In this document: positions 28,221-37,498 of the stretch, one piece after another
Layout: each line of letters opens with the position of its first letter
Numbering within the stretch: position 1 is the stretch's first letter
Assembly: GCA_002422165.1 (NCBI GenBank)
Contig: DITQ01000006.1
Location: 25,384 to 89,383 of the forward strand
Origin: Candidatus Pacebacteria bacterium UBA6180
GTDB taxonomy: Bacteria; Patescibacteriota; Microgenomatia; UBA1400; PJMF01
Direction: 5' to 3'
DNA: 64,000 bases
Position numbers and translations under genes: made by a program
Notes under the pieces: model-generated
Databases searched by the model: none
Told to the model about the DNA's origin: nothing
Seen by the model: only the letters and a program-made list of their open reading frames with translations

Positions 28221-28775
28221 CTAATCAAACAATGAAGCGGCCACTTCTTCGATTGCTTGCTTGAGCAATTGCTGTTCATCTGACTGCAATTTCATCAAAA
28301 CGTAGTCGCTGGCCGGCACCTTACGCTCCCCACCCCGACTATCTACACCCAAGCGCAAATGCCAAAAGTTTTTGTGGCCCAACTGCTCATAAATCGAAGT
28401 TAGGCCATTGTGTTGTTTGGGGCCTTTGCCTTTGTGCAGAGCATATTTGCCTAAGCTTAAATCCAAATCATCGTGAGCCACAATTAGGTGATTGCCCTCA
28501 TCTTCCTCGAAAAACTGGCTGTAATAGTAAGCAAGAAACTTCTGCAAGCTCTCGCCCGAGCGATTCATGAAGGCCATCGGCTTGAACAGGCAGATATCCT
28601 CGGCTAAACCTTTCTGGACAATTTCGCCTTTGACGAAGTCTGCTTGGAACTTCTTGTCAAACCGAAGCTCCATGGAAAACTTTTCTGCCAAATGGTCAAT
28701 GAAGCTGAAGCCAGCATTGTGTCTAGTGTGCTGATATTCTGCGCCAGGATTGCCAAGACCAACGATAATTTTCAT
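28221..28775 (-). CDS. pth: peptidyl-tRNA hydrolase
   Basis: MKIIVGLGNPGAEYQHTRHNAGF is the canonical Pth N-terminus. 184 aa. Confidence 0.9.
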   Translation of the reverse strand: MKIIVGLGNPGAEYQHTRHNAGFSFIDHLAEKFSMELRFDKKFQADFVKGEIVQKGLAEDICLFKPMAFMNRSGESLQKFLAYYYSQFFEEDEGNHLIVAHDDLDLSLGKYALHKGKGPKQHNGLTSIYEQLGHKNFWHLRLGVDSRGGERKVPASDYVLMKLQSDEQQLLKQAIEEVAASLFD

Positions 28776-28799
28776 ATTTTGCTTCCTTCAGTTTATAAT

Positions 28800-29927
28800 A
28801 TGCTCACCATGAAAACCATCGGTATCTTCACTAGCGGCTACGGCCATGAAAGTATTGCAGAGGCGATTGCGGAAGACATCAGGCACTTCGCAAAAAATAA
28901 ATACAAGATAAAAACCTTTAAGCAAGAGCTCATTTTAGATTTTGCTTATAGTTCGCTTTATCGCCTCAACCCCAGCGCCCTGGGACCACCTTTTCGAGTG
29001 GTCTCAAATTTATTGAAAACCGATAAAAAACTTAAAAAGATAGTAGAATCTCTGTTTTTGGCCAACAACGAACGTCAGATCAAGACTTTTGTCAAAAAAC
29101 ACAAAATCAATTTAGCCACCAGCACTTACTTTGTTTACAACCCCGCTCTAGAGAAAATCCAAGCCAAATTTAAAATTCCCTTGATCAATGTTTTTACTGA
29201 TCCAAAAACTATTCACCCGCTCGCTGTTCCTGAATTGGCTCAGAGCAATCTGGTTTTTGATGACAAGTCTGAGGTCAATTCTTCGGCTCATCCTCTCAAG
29301 CCAGCTGGCTGGTTCGTCCGCGAACGCTTCGAGGAAGATTACGACCAGCAGGATGTCCGCCGGCAGCTACAAATCGCCAATCGCCTAACCATCCTGATCG
29401 TCTCCGGCTCGGAAGGCGCCAACGCCGTCCTCAAAATCCTGCCTAGCATCATCAATTGCACCAAACCAGTCAACTTCATCATCGCTTGCGGCAACAATAA
29501 ATTCCTGTACAACAACATCCTCGGCATCAAGCAAAGTCTCGAGAAACTCAGCTCTTCGCAAGCAGTCTTGCAGCCGCTTGGTTTCACCAAAGAATTGCAC
29601 CGCTACATGCAGGCCGCTGACTTGGTGATCGGTAAAGCTGGCCCCAACACTCTCTTCGAGAGCGTGGCGACTCTCACCCCATTTTTTGCTATTACTCACA
29701 TTCACGGTCAAGAAGACGGCAACCTCGAGATTATCAAAGATTATCAGCTTGGCTTCGTCGAAGAAAATGCGAGCAAAGCCAATCGGAAACTCACTGCGAT
29801 CCTCAAGAAGCCAGAACAACTCGCCAAATTTCAACCGCACTTGCTGAAGCTGAAAAAATACAATCAGGGCGCAGGTAAAATTTTACTTGAGGAAATTGAG
29901 CGCTTGCTGGCACCTTCCGCAAAATAA
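28800..29927 (+). CDS. GT28-type glycosyltransferase (MGDG synthase / MurG / UgtP-like diacylglycerol glycosyltransferase)
   Basis: N-terminus MKTIGIFTSGYGHESIAEAIAEDI (the G-rich loop of MGDG-synthase N-domain proteins). C-terminal half has the GT-B fold. The ORF-track start at 28644 overlaps pth on the other strand, so the start is moved to 28800. Confidence 0.5.
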   Translation: MLTMKTIGIFTSGYGHESIAEAIAEDIRHFAKNKYKIKTFKQELILDFAYSSLYRLNPSALGPPFRVVSNLLKTDKKLKKIVESLFLANNERQIKTFVKKHKINLATSTYFVYNPALEKIQAKFKIPLINVFTDPKTIHPLAVPELAQSNLVFDDKSEVNSSAHPLKPAGWFVRERFEEDYDQQDVRRQLQIANRLTILIVSGSEGANAVLKILPSIINCTKPVNFIIACGNNKFLYNNILGIKQSLEKLSSSQAVLQPLGFTKELHRYMQAADLVIGKAGPNTLFESVATLTPFFAITHIHGQEDGNLEIIKDYQLGFVEENASKANRKLTAILKKPEQLAKFQPHLLKLKKYNQGAGKILLEEIERLLAPSAK

Positions 29928-29935
29928 GTAAGCAA

Positions 29936-31789
29936 CTAAGCAGCGATGTGAATTGCCGCCAACTCCTCCATCGTCGTGGCGTTATCGAGTTTTTTGTCAG
30001 TGCGAATTTTGACTAGGCGCGGGAAGCGCAAAGCCACTCCGGCGGTGTGAATAGGCGATTTGCTAATTTCGTCCGCGGCCACCTCGAGAATAATTTCGGG
30101 CGTGAGCCACACATCGGGGAATAAATTTTTGTGGACTTCGTAGAGCAGGGGTTTGCTGCCCTGGGGCGCACCGCACTGGTCGGCCAAGGTTTTGATCTGG
30201 CGAAACTGCTCGTCGGTGAAGCCGGTGCCAATTTTGGACAGGCTTTTGACTGTCAAATTGCCCTCACCGTCGCGATCAACCACTCCGACCAACAGCGCGC
30301 CGATGCCAAAAGCCTGGCGCTTGCCTTTGCCGAAGTAATAACCCATCATCACGCAGTCGATGGTATCGGTCAGCTTGCCTTGACTGCCCTCCTCTTCCTT
30401 GATTTTGACCCAGCGCCAAGATTTGCGACCAGCGACATACGCTGAGTCTGGCTGCTTCATCACTGCCCCCTCCAGCCCCATCGCCAGCTGCTCTTCGTGA
30501 AATTTCTTGAGTTTGCCTGGCTCATCAATCAATAAGTATTCGGTGTCGCGCAGAAAATCAGCCGGCTTAATAACTTCCGTCAGTTTAGTTTTGCGCTCTG
30601 ACAGCGGCTCATTCAGTAAAACTTGACCGTCCAGCCATAAGAGATCAAAGGCAAAAAAGCAAATCGGCACTTCCGCAGCCTTGGCCGAGACGTCGTGCTT
30701 GCGCTTGCGCTTGATGGTGGTCTGGAAAGGCAAAAACCCGCCCGTCTGGCGATCGATGCCCACCGCCTCAGTGTCGAGAATACAATCCTTGGCTTGCAGC
30801 TGCTTGGCGAGGCCCGCTAGCTCGGGAAACATGTGAGTGACGTCGTCCAAATTTCTGGTAAAAGCCTTGTAGGTCAAGCCGTTGTCGGCGAACCCATCGC
30901 GCTTGAAGTGCAGCTGTACCCGCAGACCGTCGTACTTGGGTTCAGCGATGACCGGACCCATTTTGTCGATAATTTCAGCCGCGCTGTTGAGGCGTTGACA
31001 GAGGACCGGCAAGATCGGCACGCCCAACTCGGCGTGGTAAGTTTCCAGCAGTTCTTGGCTACTCTTTTGGCGATGAGTGACGAGGTAGGCCAGGGCCAGC
31101 TTGCCCAAGTCAGCTTTCTTGAAAAAAGCTCTCTCCAGATTGGTGCTGTCGACTTTACTCTGGTTTTTGACAAAAGACAAAGCGTCGAGAATGGTCATGG
31201 TCGAAAAGCCAAGACGCATCTTGGACAAAACGATGCGGCTGATGTACTTGGCCGACAAGGGATCGAGCTGCTGCAATAAATCTGCTAACAAAGCGACTTT
31301 TTGCTCCTGCGAACCCGCGCCCGAGGAGGTGGCAAGTGCGTGCAAGCTGTCATAAACTTGCTGGATCGATAGTTCGGCGGTGGGACGCGGTAGGTTCAAC
31401 ACAGTCAGCTTGCTCTCAAACAGCTGGCCAATGTCGCCCAATTGCTTGTAGGCTAGCTGCAAATCCGTCAACACCCGAGCGTCATCACTAAAACTCTCGT
31501 CAACGCTAGCAAAAAGGTTTTGGTCTACGCTGGCGGGCTGCTTGGCCTGGCCCTGCGCCACTCTGGCTAGGGTGCGCAGCAGCATTTTCTCTGACATCTG
31601 AAACTCTAGCGACTGGTAGGACGGCACCAGACTGCCCTGCATCAAGTAAGTCGCTAGGACCAACTCTTGCTCGACACTTGGACTCTGCAGCAAATCAACA
31701 TACAAATCAGCCAACAAGGCCATCATCTCCAGGCGCGCACTGGCTCCCTCGATTTTTTGTAGGTGGAGAGAAAAGTCACGGAAAAGCAT
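29936..31789 (-). CDS. lig: ATP-dependent DNA ligase (archaeal/eukaryotic Lig-like with N-terminal DNA-binding domain)
   Basis: Adenylation motif I AEPKYDGLRVQLH (KxDG), motif IV-like EGAVMK, motif VI WVKIK. 617 aa. Confidence 0.85.
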   Translation of the reverse strand: MLFRDFSLHLQKIEGASARLEMMALLADLYVDLLQSPSVEQELVLATYLMQGSLVPSYQSLEFQMSEKMLLRTLARVAQGQAKQPASVDQNLFASVDESFSDDARVLTDLQLAYKQLGDIGQLFESKLTVLNLPRPTAELSIQQVYDSLHALATSSGAGSQEQKVALLADLLQQLDPLSAKYISRIVLSKMRLGFSTMTILDALSFVKNQSKVDSTNLERAFFKKADLGKLALAYLVTHRQKSSQELLETYHAELGVPILPVLCQRLNSAAEIIDKMGPVIAEPKYDGLRVQLHFKRDGFADNGLTYKAFTRNLDDVTHMFPELAGLAKQLQAKDCILDTEAVGIDRQTGGFLPFQTTIKRKRKHDVSAKAAEVPICFFAFDLLWLDGQVLLNEPLSERKTKLTEVIKPADFLRDTEYLLIDEPGKLKKFHEEQLAMGLEGAVMKQPDSAYVAGRKSWRWVKIKEEEGSQGKLTDTIDCVMMGYYFGKGKRQAFGIGALLVGVVDRDGEGNLTVKSLSKIGTGFTDEQFRQIKTLADQCGAPQGSKPLLYEVHKNLFPDVWLTPEIILEVAADEISKSPIHTAGVALRFPRLVKIRTDKKLDNATTMEELAAIHIAA

Positions 31790-31928
31790 GGTGTTGTTAT
31801 TCTAGCAGCTAATTAACTTCTTGGGGAAGTTTGCTAAAAATTTGCTTTACAATTATAAAGTGCTATTATGAATATTGAATGAATTTATCAATTACATTTT
31901 GCCAATTTTCTCATCTTTGAGATTTTCA

Positions 31929-31952
31929 GTCCCGCTTCAGGCGGGATTTTTT
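31929..31952 (+). terminator. stem-loop plus T-tract in the 5' leader of the downstream secreted-protein gene (intrinsic terminator/attenuator-like)
   Basis: gtcccgc-ttcag-gcgggat followed by tttttt. No CDS lies upstream on this strand. Confidence 0.4.
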
Positions 31953-31985
31953 ATAAGCAAAACACAAAAAAAAGGAGTTGAAAGA

Positions 31986-33227
31986 ATGAAAAAGATAATA
32001 AATTTACTATTTAGTGCCATTGCACTTTTGGTATTTGCAACACCTGCGTTTGCAGAGTTCAATTCGGTTACTCCTAGTACCAATGACATCAATAAAACAA
32101 AAGGGTGGGCTCATGTAAATCAAGTCAGCCAAGGGGTTGGAACTACCGATCTTAAGTTTGTCAACACAAGAGCTTTTTTTAGCTGCTTTGAATACAGGGT
32201 CGACAACGAATCAAATACTGTTGATGGGGCAAATCCAAACACATTAGTAACTGATGGGCGATGGACTCAGGTTTGTCTTAATAATTCCGCACAAACTAAA
32301 ACCATACCAGCAAATGAATATGTTGACGTGCGCATGGTTTATGGAGCCGAATCAGATGAACGTTTTGACTGGACGAGGTTTGATGTATTACCTGCTCCGT
32401 TTGTAAGAAGTGCAGAAATAACCTCTCCCACAATAAACCAAGTCGTCCAAGGACTCGTCAATTTCAATGCAACTCTTAATGACAAAGATGGAGACGATTC
32501 CGTTCAGTGGGCTGTTCGCAAAGGAACTTGTGCTGCCGGAACTAACACGGTACTTGGCAATGTTGACGGCTTCAATAGCCCATCCACCTGGGATCATTTC
32601 AGTTTCCATGCATCGGCCGACACTTCATCCTGGGTTCCTGGAGGTTATTGCTTTATCTTTAACCCTTCAGAAAGTGCAGGCGACACTGCAATTAGAGAAA
32701 CAAGAGAATTCGTGGTAGCTGATACTAAAGCTCCATTGGTAACGATTAACACTCCCAGCGAAGGTGAAACCTTATCAGGTGTTGTCCATATATTTGGAAC
32801 AATTGTTGAAGATCTAGCGATGGGTAATTACAATATTGCTATTTATCCTGGAGGTGCTGATTTTATGGATTTTAGTAAAAGGATAGAGCAATCAAATGTA
32901 AATCCCGCCACTATATTTAACAACCAAAAAATATTCGAGTGGGACACAGCCTCGGGTTTATATCCTGATGGTGAATATTTGATTAGATTTGCAGCTAGAG
33001 ATGCAGCTGGGAACAGAGATCTGACATTAGATCCATATCTTGGCGGCGATGATTCTCAGCATGTAATTAAAGTCATGGTAAAGAATAATCCAGATGTAGT
33101 TGCCTTGCCTACAGATAAAAATCAATGCAAAGATGGTGGCTGGAAGTCCTTTAGCAGCCTCGGTTTTAAAAACCAAGGTGCTTGTGTCAGCTACGTCCAA
33201 AGCAACGATAAAGCAGGTAAAAGATAA
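31986..33227 (+). CDS. secreted hypothetical protein (signal peptide; beta-rich, possibly Ig-like domains)
   Basis: RBS aaggag 8 nt upstream of the ATG at 31986. Signal peptide MKKIINLLFSAIALLVFATPAFA. 413 aa. Confidence 0.4.
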   Translation: MKKIINLLFSAIALLVFATPAFAEFNSVTPSTNDINKTKGWAHVNQVSQGVGTTDLKFVNTRAFFSCFEYRVDNESNTVDGANPNTLVTDGRWTQVCLNNSAQTKTIPANEYVDVRMVYGAESDERFDWTRFDVLPAPFVRSAEITSPTINQVVQGLVNFNATLNDKDGDDSVQWAVRKGTCAAGTNTVLGNVDGFNSPSTWDHFSFHASADTSSWVPGGYCFIFNPSESAGDTAIRETREFVVADTKAPLVTINTPSEGETLSGVVHIFGTIVEDLAMGNYNIAIYPGGADFMDFSKRIEQSNVNPATIFNNQKIFEWDTASGLYPDGEYLIRFAARDAAGNRDLTLDPYLGGDDSQHVIKVMVKNNPDVVALPTDKNQCKDGGWKSFSSLGFKNQGACVSYVQSNDKAGKR

Positions 33228-33256
33228 AAATAACTTAAGTAAAGTTTAAATTTTAC

Positions 33257-33296
33257 AACCCGTTGAGAAATCAGCGGGTTGTTTTTATTCTTTTTC
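33257..33296. terminator. rho-independent terminator (probably bidirectional) between convergent genes
   Basis: aacccgttgagaaatcagcgggtt hairpin followed by gtttttattcttttt. Confidence 0.5.
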
Positions 33297-33304
33297 TTTA
33301 ATCA

Positions 33305-33784
33305 TCAGGCACTCTTGGGCAAATATCTAAGCAACAGTTCTAAATAATCATCTTGCGTTTTTTGTGAAATTAAATCAGTGTCTAGAAGAGCGAGTTTATC
33401 AGCTGTTTTGGCAATTTGTTCGCATGGACTGAAATAAAATCCTTCCCTACTTGCCACAAAATACCAAGCATCGCTCCAGCGTTCATAAGTTGCCTGAGCC
33501 ATGTTCTGTAGCAGAGCAAAATCAAGTTTGGACTGCAGTTTAACTTCGACAAAATTGATGCGGTTGGCTGAATCAGTAATTATAAAATCAGGTGAATGTC
33601 TAATATTCTCAAGCACAGCCTGATTCTCTTTTACCTCCCTAATCTCCTCGCGCGTAAATTCACTGGCAATATATTCATAACCAAAGTGAGTCACCTTGTA
33701 ACCTTCACTGCGAAACATCATTTCGAAGATAATTTCTGCAATTCTGCCCTTGATTAACTTCTCGGTAAAAACTAAATTTGACAT
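33305..33784 (-). CDS. small hypothetical protein with PD-(D/E)xK-like nuclease motif
   Basis: SPDFIITDSANRINFVEVKLQ gives D...(D)...E-V-K spacing as in restriction-endonuclease-fold proteins. 159 aa. Confidence 0.3.
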   Translation of the reverse strand: MSNLVFTEKLIKGRIAEIIFEMMFRSEGYKVTHFGYEYIASEFTREEIREVKENQAVLENIRHSPDFIITDSANRINFVEVKLQSKLDFALLQNMAQATYERWSDAWYFVASREGFYFSPCEQIAKTADKLALLDTDLISQKTQDDYLELLLRYLPKSA

Positions 33785-33864
33785 AGAAAAAGTATAGCAC
33801 TAACAAAAAACTCAAGTTTAATTATTTTTTGCGGGAAAACAACTTGCTAGAAATAGAAAAATAA

Positions 33865-34956
33865 CTACTTCACCAAACTGTAACTCACGCCCTTGGTCAC
33901 GCCGTGCTTGGTCACTACGCCTTTGCCGATCAAGTCTTTCAAATCGCGCAGAATGGTGTCGACGGAGACGTTGGGCAGCGCCGACTGAGCGTCGTCGGAG
34001 GTGATTTGGCCTTGGTTTTGCAAGATTTCGAGCAAGATGATCTGCCGCTCGGAGAGAGCCACTTGCTGGCCGAGCTCGCGCTGAATCTTGAGGTCTTGGG
34101 AGAGTTTGAGGACTTTTTGTTTGACTTTGTCGATTTCCAGAGCCAAGCCGTAGGCGAAATACTCCAGCCAATAGGTGAGGTCTTTCTGGTCATTTTGCTG
34201 CACCGAGAGCAGCGCTTGGTAATAAGCCTCCACGTCGCTGTCGAAGTATTCTTCCAGCGAGAAAAAGCGCTTGAAATCATAATCGGCTTCGTACAGCACC
34301 AAAGTCGCCAAAGCCCGCGCTACCCGACCATTGCCCTCGACGAAGGGGTGGATGAAAACCAACTGGTAGTGGGTGATGGCGGCCCGAAAAACCGGGTGCA
34401 GCTCGGCGGCGGCTGGGCTAGCTAACCAGGCAAAAAAATCTTCGAGCAGGAAGGGAATTTCGACCGAAACTGGTGGGCGAAAAACCACTTGCCCATCGGC
34501 GGCACCACGCACCATCACTTGTTTGTTGCGAAAAGCGCCGATTTCTTCTTCGTCTAGCAACTTCTGCATGGTCAAGCGATGTAGAGTCAGCAAAGTATCA
34601 AGAGTGAGCTTGGAGCGATCCTTGCGCAAAGGCGACTGATCAATCCAAGCAATGACATTGCGGTAGTTGATCACTTCCTGGATGTCGCGATCGCGAGCGA
34701 CGATGCCGGTTTGGTCGACGACCAGCTGAGGACTATGCGCCTCGCGCAACTGAATAACTTTACCGGCCTGCTCGGCGCTCAGCTCGTTACCCTCGATGTG
34801 AGTGCCGAAATGGACGCTGCGAGTCATGGCTTCGTCGCGAAATTTAGCTTCCCAGGAAGGGACTAGGGCGGCGTGATCGATTAGAGCTTTGGCGGATTCA
34901 ACGGAAGAAATGTAGGTGAGCAAGTGATTGGTGATCGCAAACTTGGGCTGATACAT
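33865..34956 (-). CDS. Fic family protein (AMPylase-type) with N-terminal inhibitory IEGN motif and C-terminal winged-helix
   Basis: Canonical Fic motif HPFVEGNGRVARALATLVL (HPFx[DE]GNGRxxR). N-terminal THIEGN resembles the intramolecular inhibitory [ST]xxxE[GN] helix of class II Fic. Confidence 0.85.
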   Translation of the reverse strand: MYQPKFAITNHLLTYISSVESAKALIDHAALVPSWEAKFRDEAMTRSVHFGTHIEGNELSAEQAGKVIQLREAHSPQLVVDQTGIVARDRDIQEVINYRNVIAWIDQSPLRKDRSKLTLDTLLTLHRLTMQKLLDEEEIGAFRNKQVMVRGAADGQVVFRPPVSVEIPFLLEDFFAWLASPAAAELHPVFRAAITHYQLVFIHPFVEGNGRVARALATLVLYEADYDFKRFFSLEEYFDSDVEAYYQALLSVQQNDQKDLTYWLEYFAYGLALEIDKVKQKVLKLSQDLKIQRELGQQVALSERQIILLEILQNQGQITSDDAQSALPNVSVDTILRDLKDLIGKGVVTKHGVTKGVSYSLVK

Positions 34957-35073
34957 TTAGATTGATTTTAAACTAGTTTCATGAGTTTGGGAAGAGATTC
35001 CTTGCAAAATTTACAGGAATTGGCGAAATAGTGTCAATTAATTTTTTCAAATGAGTTAAAATCAAATCTAGCC

Positions 35074-35904
35074 ATGACTAAAGCCCCAAATAAACAGCTC
35101 CAACTAGCCCTCCAGCAACTCTATGTCCCAGAGCCCACCTCGCACAAAGGTCAAAATGGCAAGCTGCTGATCATCGGCGGCAGCGAACTTTTTCACGCCG
35201 CCAGCAAGTGGAGTCTCGACGTAGCCAGCAAAATAGTCGACATGGTTTTTTATTCGTCTGTGCCAAGCAACAATCGCTTGTTGGCAGAAGCCAAAGGCAA
35301 TTTTTGGAACGGCATCGTCGTCAAGCGTCCTGATTTGGACAGCTACATCAGAGAAGCCGACGTCGTGCTCATCGGCCCCGGCATGGACCGCTCTCTCTAC
35401 ACCAGGCTGCTGGTCAATCGCCTGTTGCGGCGCTATCAGGCGAAAAAATGGGTGATCGACGCAGGTGCTCTGCAAATGATCAACCCTAAATTACTTGGGT
35501 CAGCACACATCATCACTCCTCATCATCAAGAAATGGCGCTTTTGCAAGGTAAAAATTCAAGCTTTAACGAAAACAATTATCAGGCAAAGTGTTATTGCTT
35601 GCTCAAGGGGCCAGTCGACAAGATTTTTTCACCTAAGCAAGCCGAATCTATCGAAGTCGCTGGTGGCAACGCTGGCATGACCAAGGGGGGCACGGGCGAT
35701 GTCCTGGCTGGCTTGCTGGCTGCTCTCTACTGCAAAAACGACGCGCTCCAGAGCTGCCTAATTGCCAGCCACATCAACAAAAAAGCGGGCGAAGAACTCT
35801 ACAAACGACAAGGTCATTATTTCAACAGCTCCGACCTGGTCGAAACAATACCACTAGTCCTCTGGGAAGAGTTGGACAAAGCTAAGCGTCAAACTAAAGC
35901 TTAA
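35074..35904 (+). CDS. nnrD: ADP-dependent NAD(P)H-hydrate dehydratase (YjeF C-terminal domain)
   Basis: HKGQNGKLLIIGGS, GPGMDRS, GGNAGMTKGGTGDVLAGLLAAL are the carbohydrate-kinase-fold motifs of Nnr/YjeF-C. Confidence 0.8.
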   Translation: MTKAPNKQLQLALQQLYVPEPTSHKGQNGKLLIIGGSELFHAASKWSLDVASKIVDMVFYSSVPSNNRLLAEAKGNFWNGIVVKRPDLDSYIREADVVLIGPGMDRSLYTRLLVNRLLRRYQAKKWVIDAGALQMINPKLLGSAHIITPHHQEMALLQGKNSSFNENNYQAKCYCLLKGPVDKIFSPKQAESIEVAGGNAGMTKGGTGDVLAGLLAALYCKNDALQSCLIASHINKKAGEELYKRQGHYFNSSDLVETIPLVLWEELDKAKRQTKA

Positions 35905-36976
35905 TAACCTTGAGCATGGGAATTTTCGTTTGCAAACTCCGCAACACGTCAACGTCGGCGGTGCTTAAAATACTCTGGTAATTTTCAAGCAAGCTAAGCA
36001 CCATCGCCTGACTGTGTTCATCTAGCTCAGACAGCACGTCATCAAGCAGCAAAACTGGCTGATAGCCAATCTTGTCAGTCAAAAACTGCAGCTCTGCCAT
36101 CTTCAGCCACAAAACCCCGAGGCGCTGCTGACCTCTGGAGCCATAAGCTAGCAAGCTGAGGTCGTGAATGCCTTTTGCCTCCTCTAAGAAATTGAGGGAG
36201 AAATCATCCTTGTGCGGACCAATCAGGCTGTGACCAAGCATAATTTCTTTGGCCAGGTACTCCTGCTGACGAGCGGCGGAAATGACCGATGGCTCGTAGG
36301 CGATGTTGAGTTCGAAAGGAAAAACCACTTCGCGAATGAAGTCGATGAAATTGGCTCGCTGCTGTTGCAAGATTTCGCCGTTTTTGAGCAAATTAGTGTT
36401 CCAAAAACTTAAGACCTCTACTGTCTCCTGACCCTCACTCACCTTTTGCAGCAAGCGGTTGCGGCGCTTGAGAGTTTGCTGATAACGGCTAAGGGCCAGA
36501 TCATAATCGCTTGACACCATGCAGAGAGCACTATCGAGAAAATCGCGCCGTCGCCCCGGGGAGCCTTCGACCAAGCGCAAATCTTCCGGCCGAAAAACCA
36601 CCGCCTTGAAAAAAGCCAAAAAATCCTTCTTGCGCCGCCTGACGTCGTTCATGGCAAACAAGCGATATTGGGTACGCTTGCCAGCCACCTCGCCTCGAGT
36701 CAACATCACCTCCAGTTTCAGCTCTTCTTCACTAGAATCACCCACTCCCTCCAGATCGATTAGACCTTGCACTCGTCCTAGATCGGTTTCCAAGCGCAAC
36801 ATTTCTTCAATTTTGCCGGCCCGGAAACTAGTCGCACTGGCCAGCAGATAAATCGCCTCGATGATCGAGGTTTTGCCAACACCATTGTCGCCAAAAATCA
36901 AGTTAGTTTGCGCAAAAGTGAAGCTTTGCAAGCTAAAGTTGCGAAAATTTTGCAAAGCGAGAGATTTGATTTTCAT
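35894..36976 (-). CDS. recF: DNA replication and repair protein RecF
   Basis: MKIKSLALQNFRNFSLQSFTFAQTNLIFGDNGVGKTSIIEAIYLLA (Walker A), C-terminal signature LLLDDVLSELD. Confidence 0.9.
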   Translation of the reverse strand: MKIKSLALQNFRNFSLQSFTFAQTNLIFGDNGVGKTSIIEAIYLLASATSFRAGKIEEMLRLETDLGRVQGLIDLEGVGDSSEEELKLEVMLTRGEVAGKRTQYRLFAMNDVRRRKKDFLAFFKAVVFRPEDLRLVEGSPGRRRDFLDSALCMVSSDYDLALSRYQQTLKRRNRLLQKVSEGQETVEVLSFWNTNLLKNGEILQQQRANFIDFIREVVFPFELNIAYEPSVISAARQQEYLAKEIMLGHSLIGPHKDDFSLNFLEEAKGIHDLSLLAYGSRGQQRLGVLWLKMAELQFLTDKIGYQPVLLLDDVLSELDEHSQAMVLSLLENYQSILSTADVDVLRSLQTKIPMLKVIKL

Positions 36977-36982
36977 GAGAGT

Positions 36983-37303
36983 CTATTTAAACACACGGTA
37001 GAAGCGCAACCACAAATAGCAGAGCGCCAGCTGCCAATATAGACAGAAAAAAAGGCAAAACTGGTAAAGAAAGGCAAAAAAAATACTGCTCACATAGTAG
37101 TTGGCCAGCAAATTAATTTTTAAAGAGGTTAGCAAAAGCAGGCCAAAAAGACTGGGATAAAAAACAAAGGGCAATAAAATTTTGTTTTTGACCAAAAGCT
37201 GCATGCTGCGATAAGGATGAAGCAACAACCCCAAGAACATCTGTCCGCTCGAATAAAAAAAGGACTCAAGAAAGACGAGGGTTTGATTTTGACGATAAGA
37301 CAT
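36983..37303 (-). CDS. small hydrophobic membrane protein, hypothetical
   Basis: 106 aa, 3 predicted helices, packed between recF and the sigma/anti-sigma pair. Confidence 0.3.
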   Translation of the reverse strand: MSYRQNQTLVFLESFFYSSGQMFLGLLLHPYRSMQLLVKNKILLPFVFYPSLFGLLLLTSLKINLLANYYVSSIFFAFLYQFCLFFCLYWQLALCYLWLRFYRVFK

Positions 37304-37498
37304 CTAATTGAGGCTAAATTTTAATAAATTCCAAGCAACTGTCGAAGCGAGAGCAAGCGTTGCGATTGTCTGCCACAGATAAGTGGCCACAAAACTGGCC
37401 AAGCCGCTCAATTTCTCAGGCACCAAGCGTTCTTGACCGAGAACACTTTGTTCTTTGGCCACGCCTTTGAGCAAAGTGAGGAAATTATCTTCTCGCAT
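37304..37498 (-). CDS. putative anti-sigma factor / small membrane protein downstream of ECF sigma
   Basis: 64-aa product MREDNFLTLLKG...LSGLASFVATYLWQTIATLALASTVAW with one TM. Overlaps the 3' end of the sigma-factor gene by 14 nt. Assignment by position only. Confidence 0.25.
   Translation of the reverse strand: MREDNFLTLLKGVAKEQSVLGQERLVPEKLSGLASFVATYLWQTIATLALASTVAWNLLKFSLN

Noticed and set aside
28644-28799. ORF-track N-terminal extension of the MGDG-synthase-like GT overlapping pth on the opposite strand
   Set aside because: The conserved GT N-terminus (MKTIGIFTSGYGH) begins at the ATG near 28800-28809. The extension has no homology-like features and would overlap the well-supported pth CDS by more than 130 nt.
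33818-34639. Four overlapping alternative-frame ORFs (33818..34171 -, 33904..34425 +, 33939..34280 -, 34373..34639 +) inside the Fic gene
   Set aside because: They are Arg/Ser/Ala-rich low-complexity translations typical of off-frame reads of GC-rich coding DNA. The Fic frame carries the unambiguous HPFxEGNGRxxR motif.
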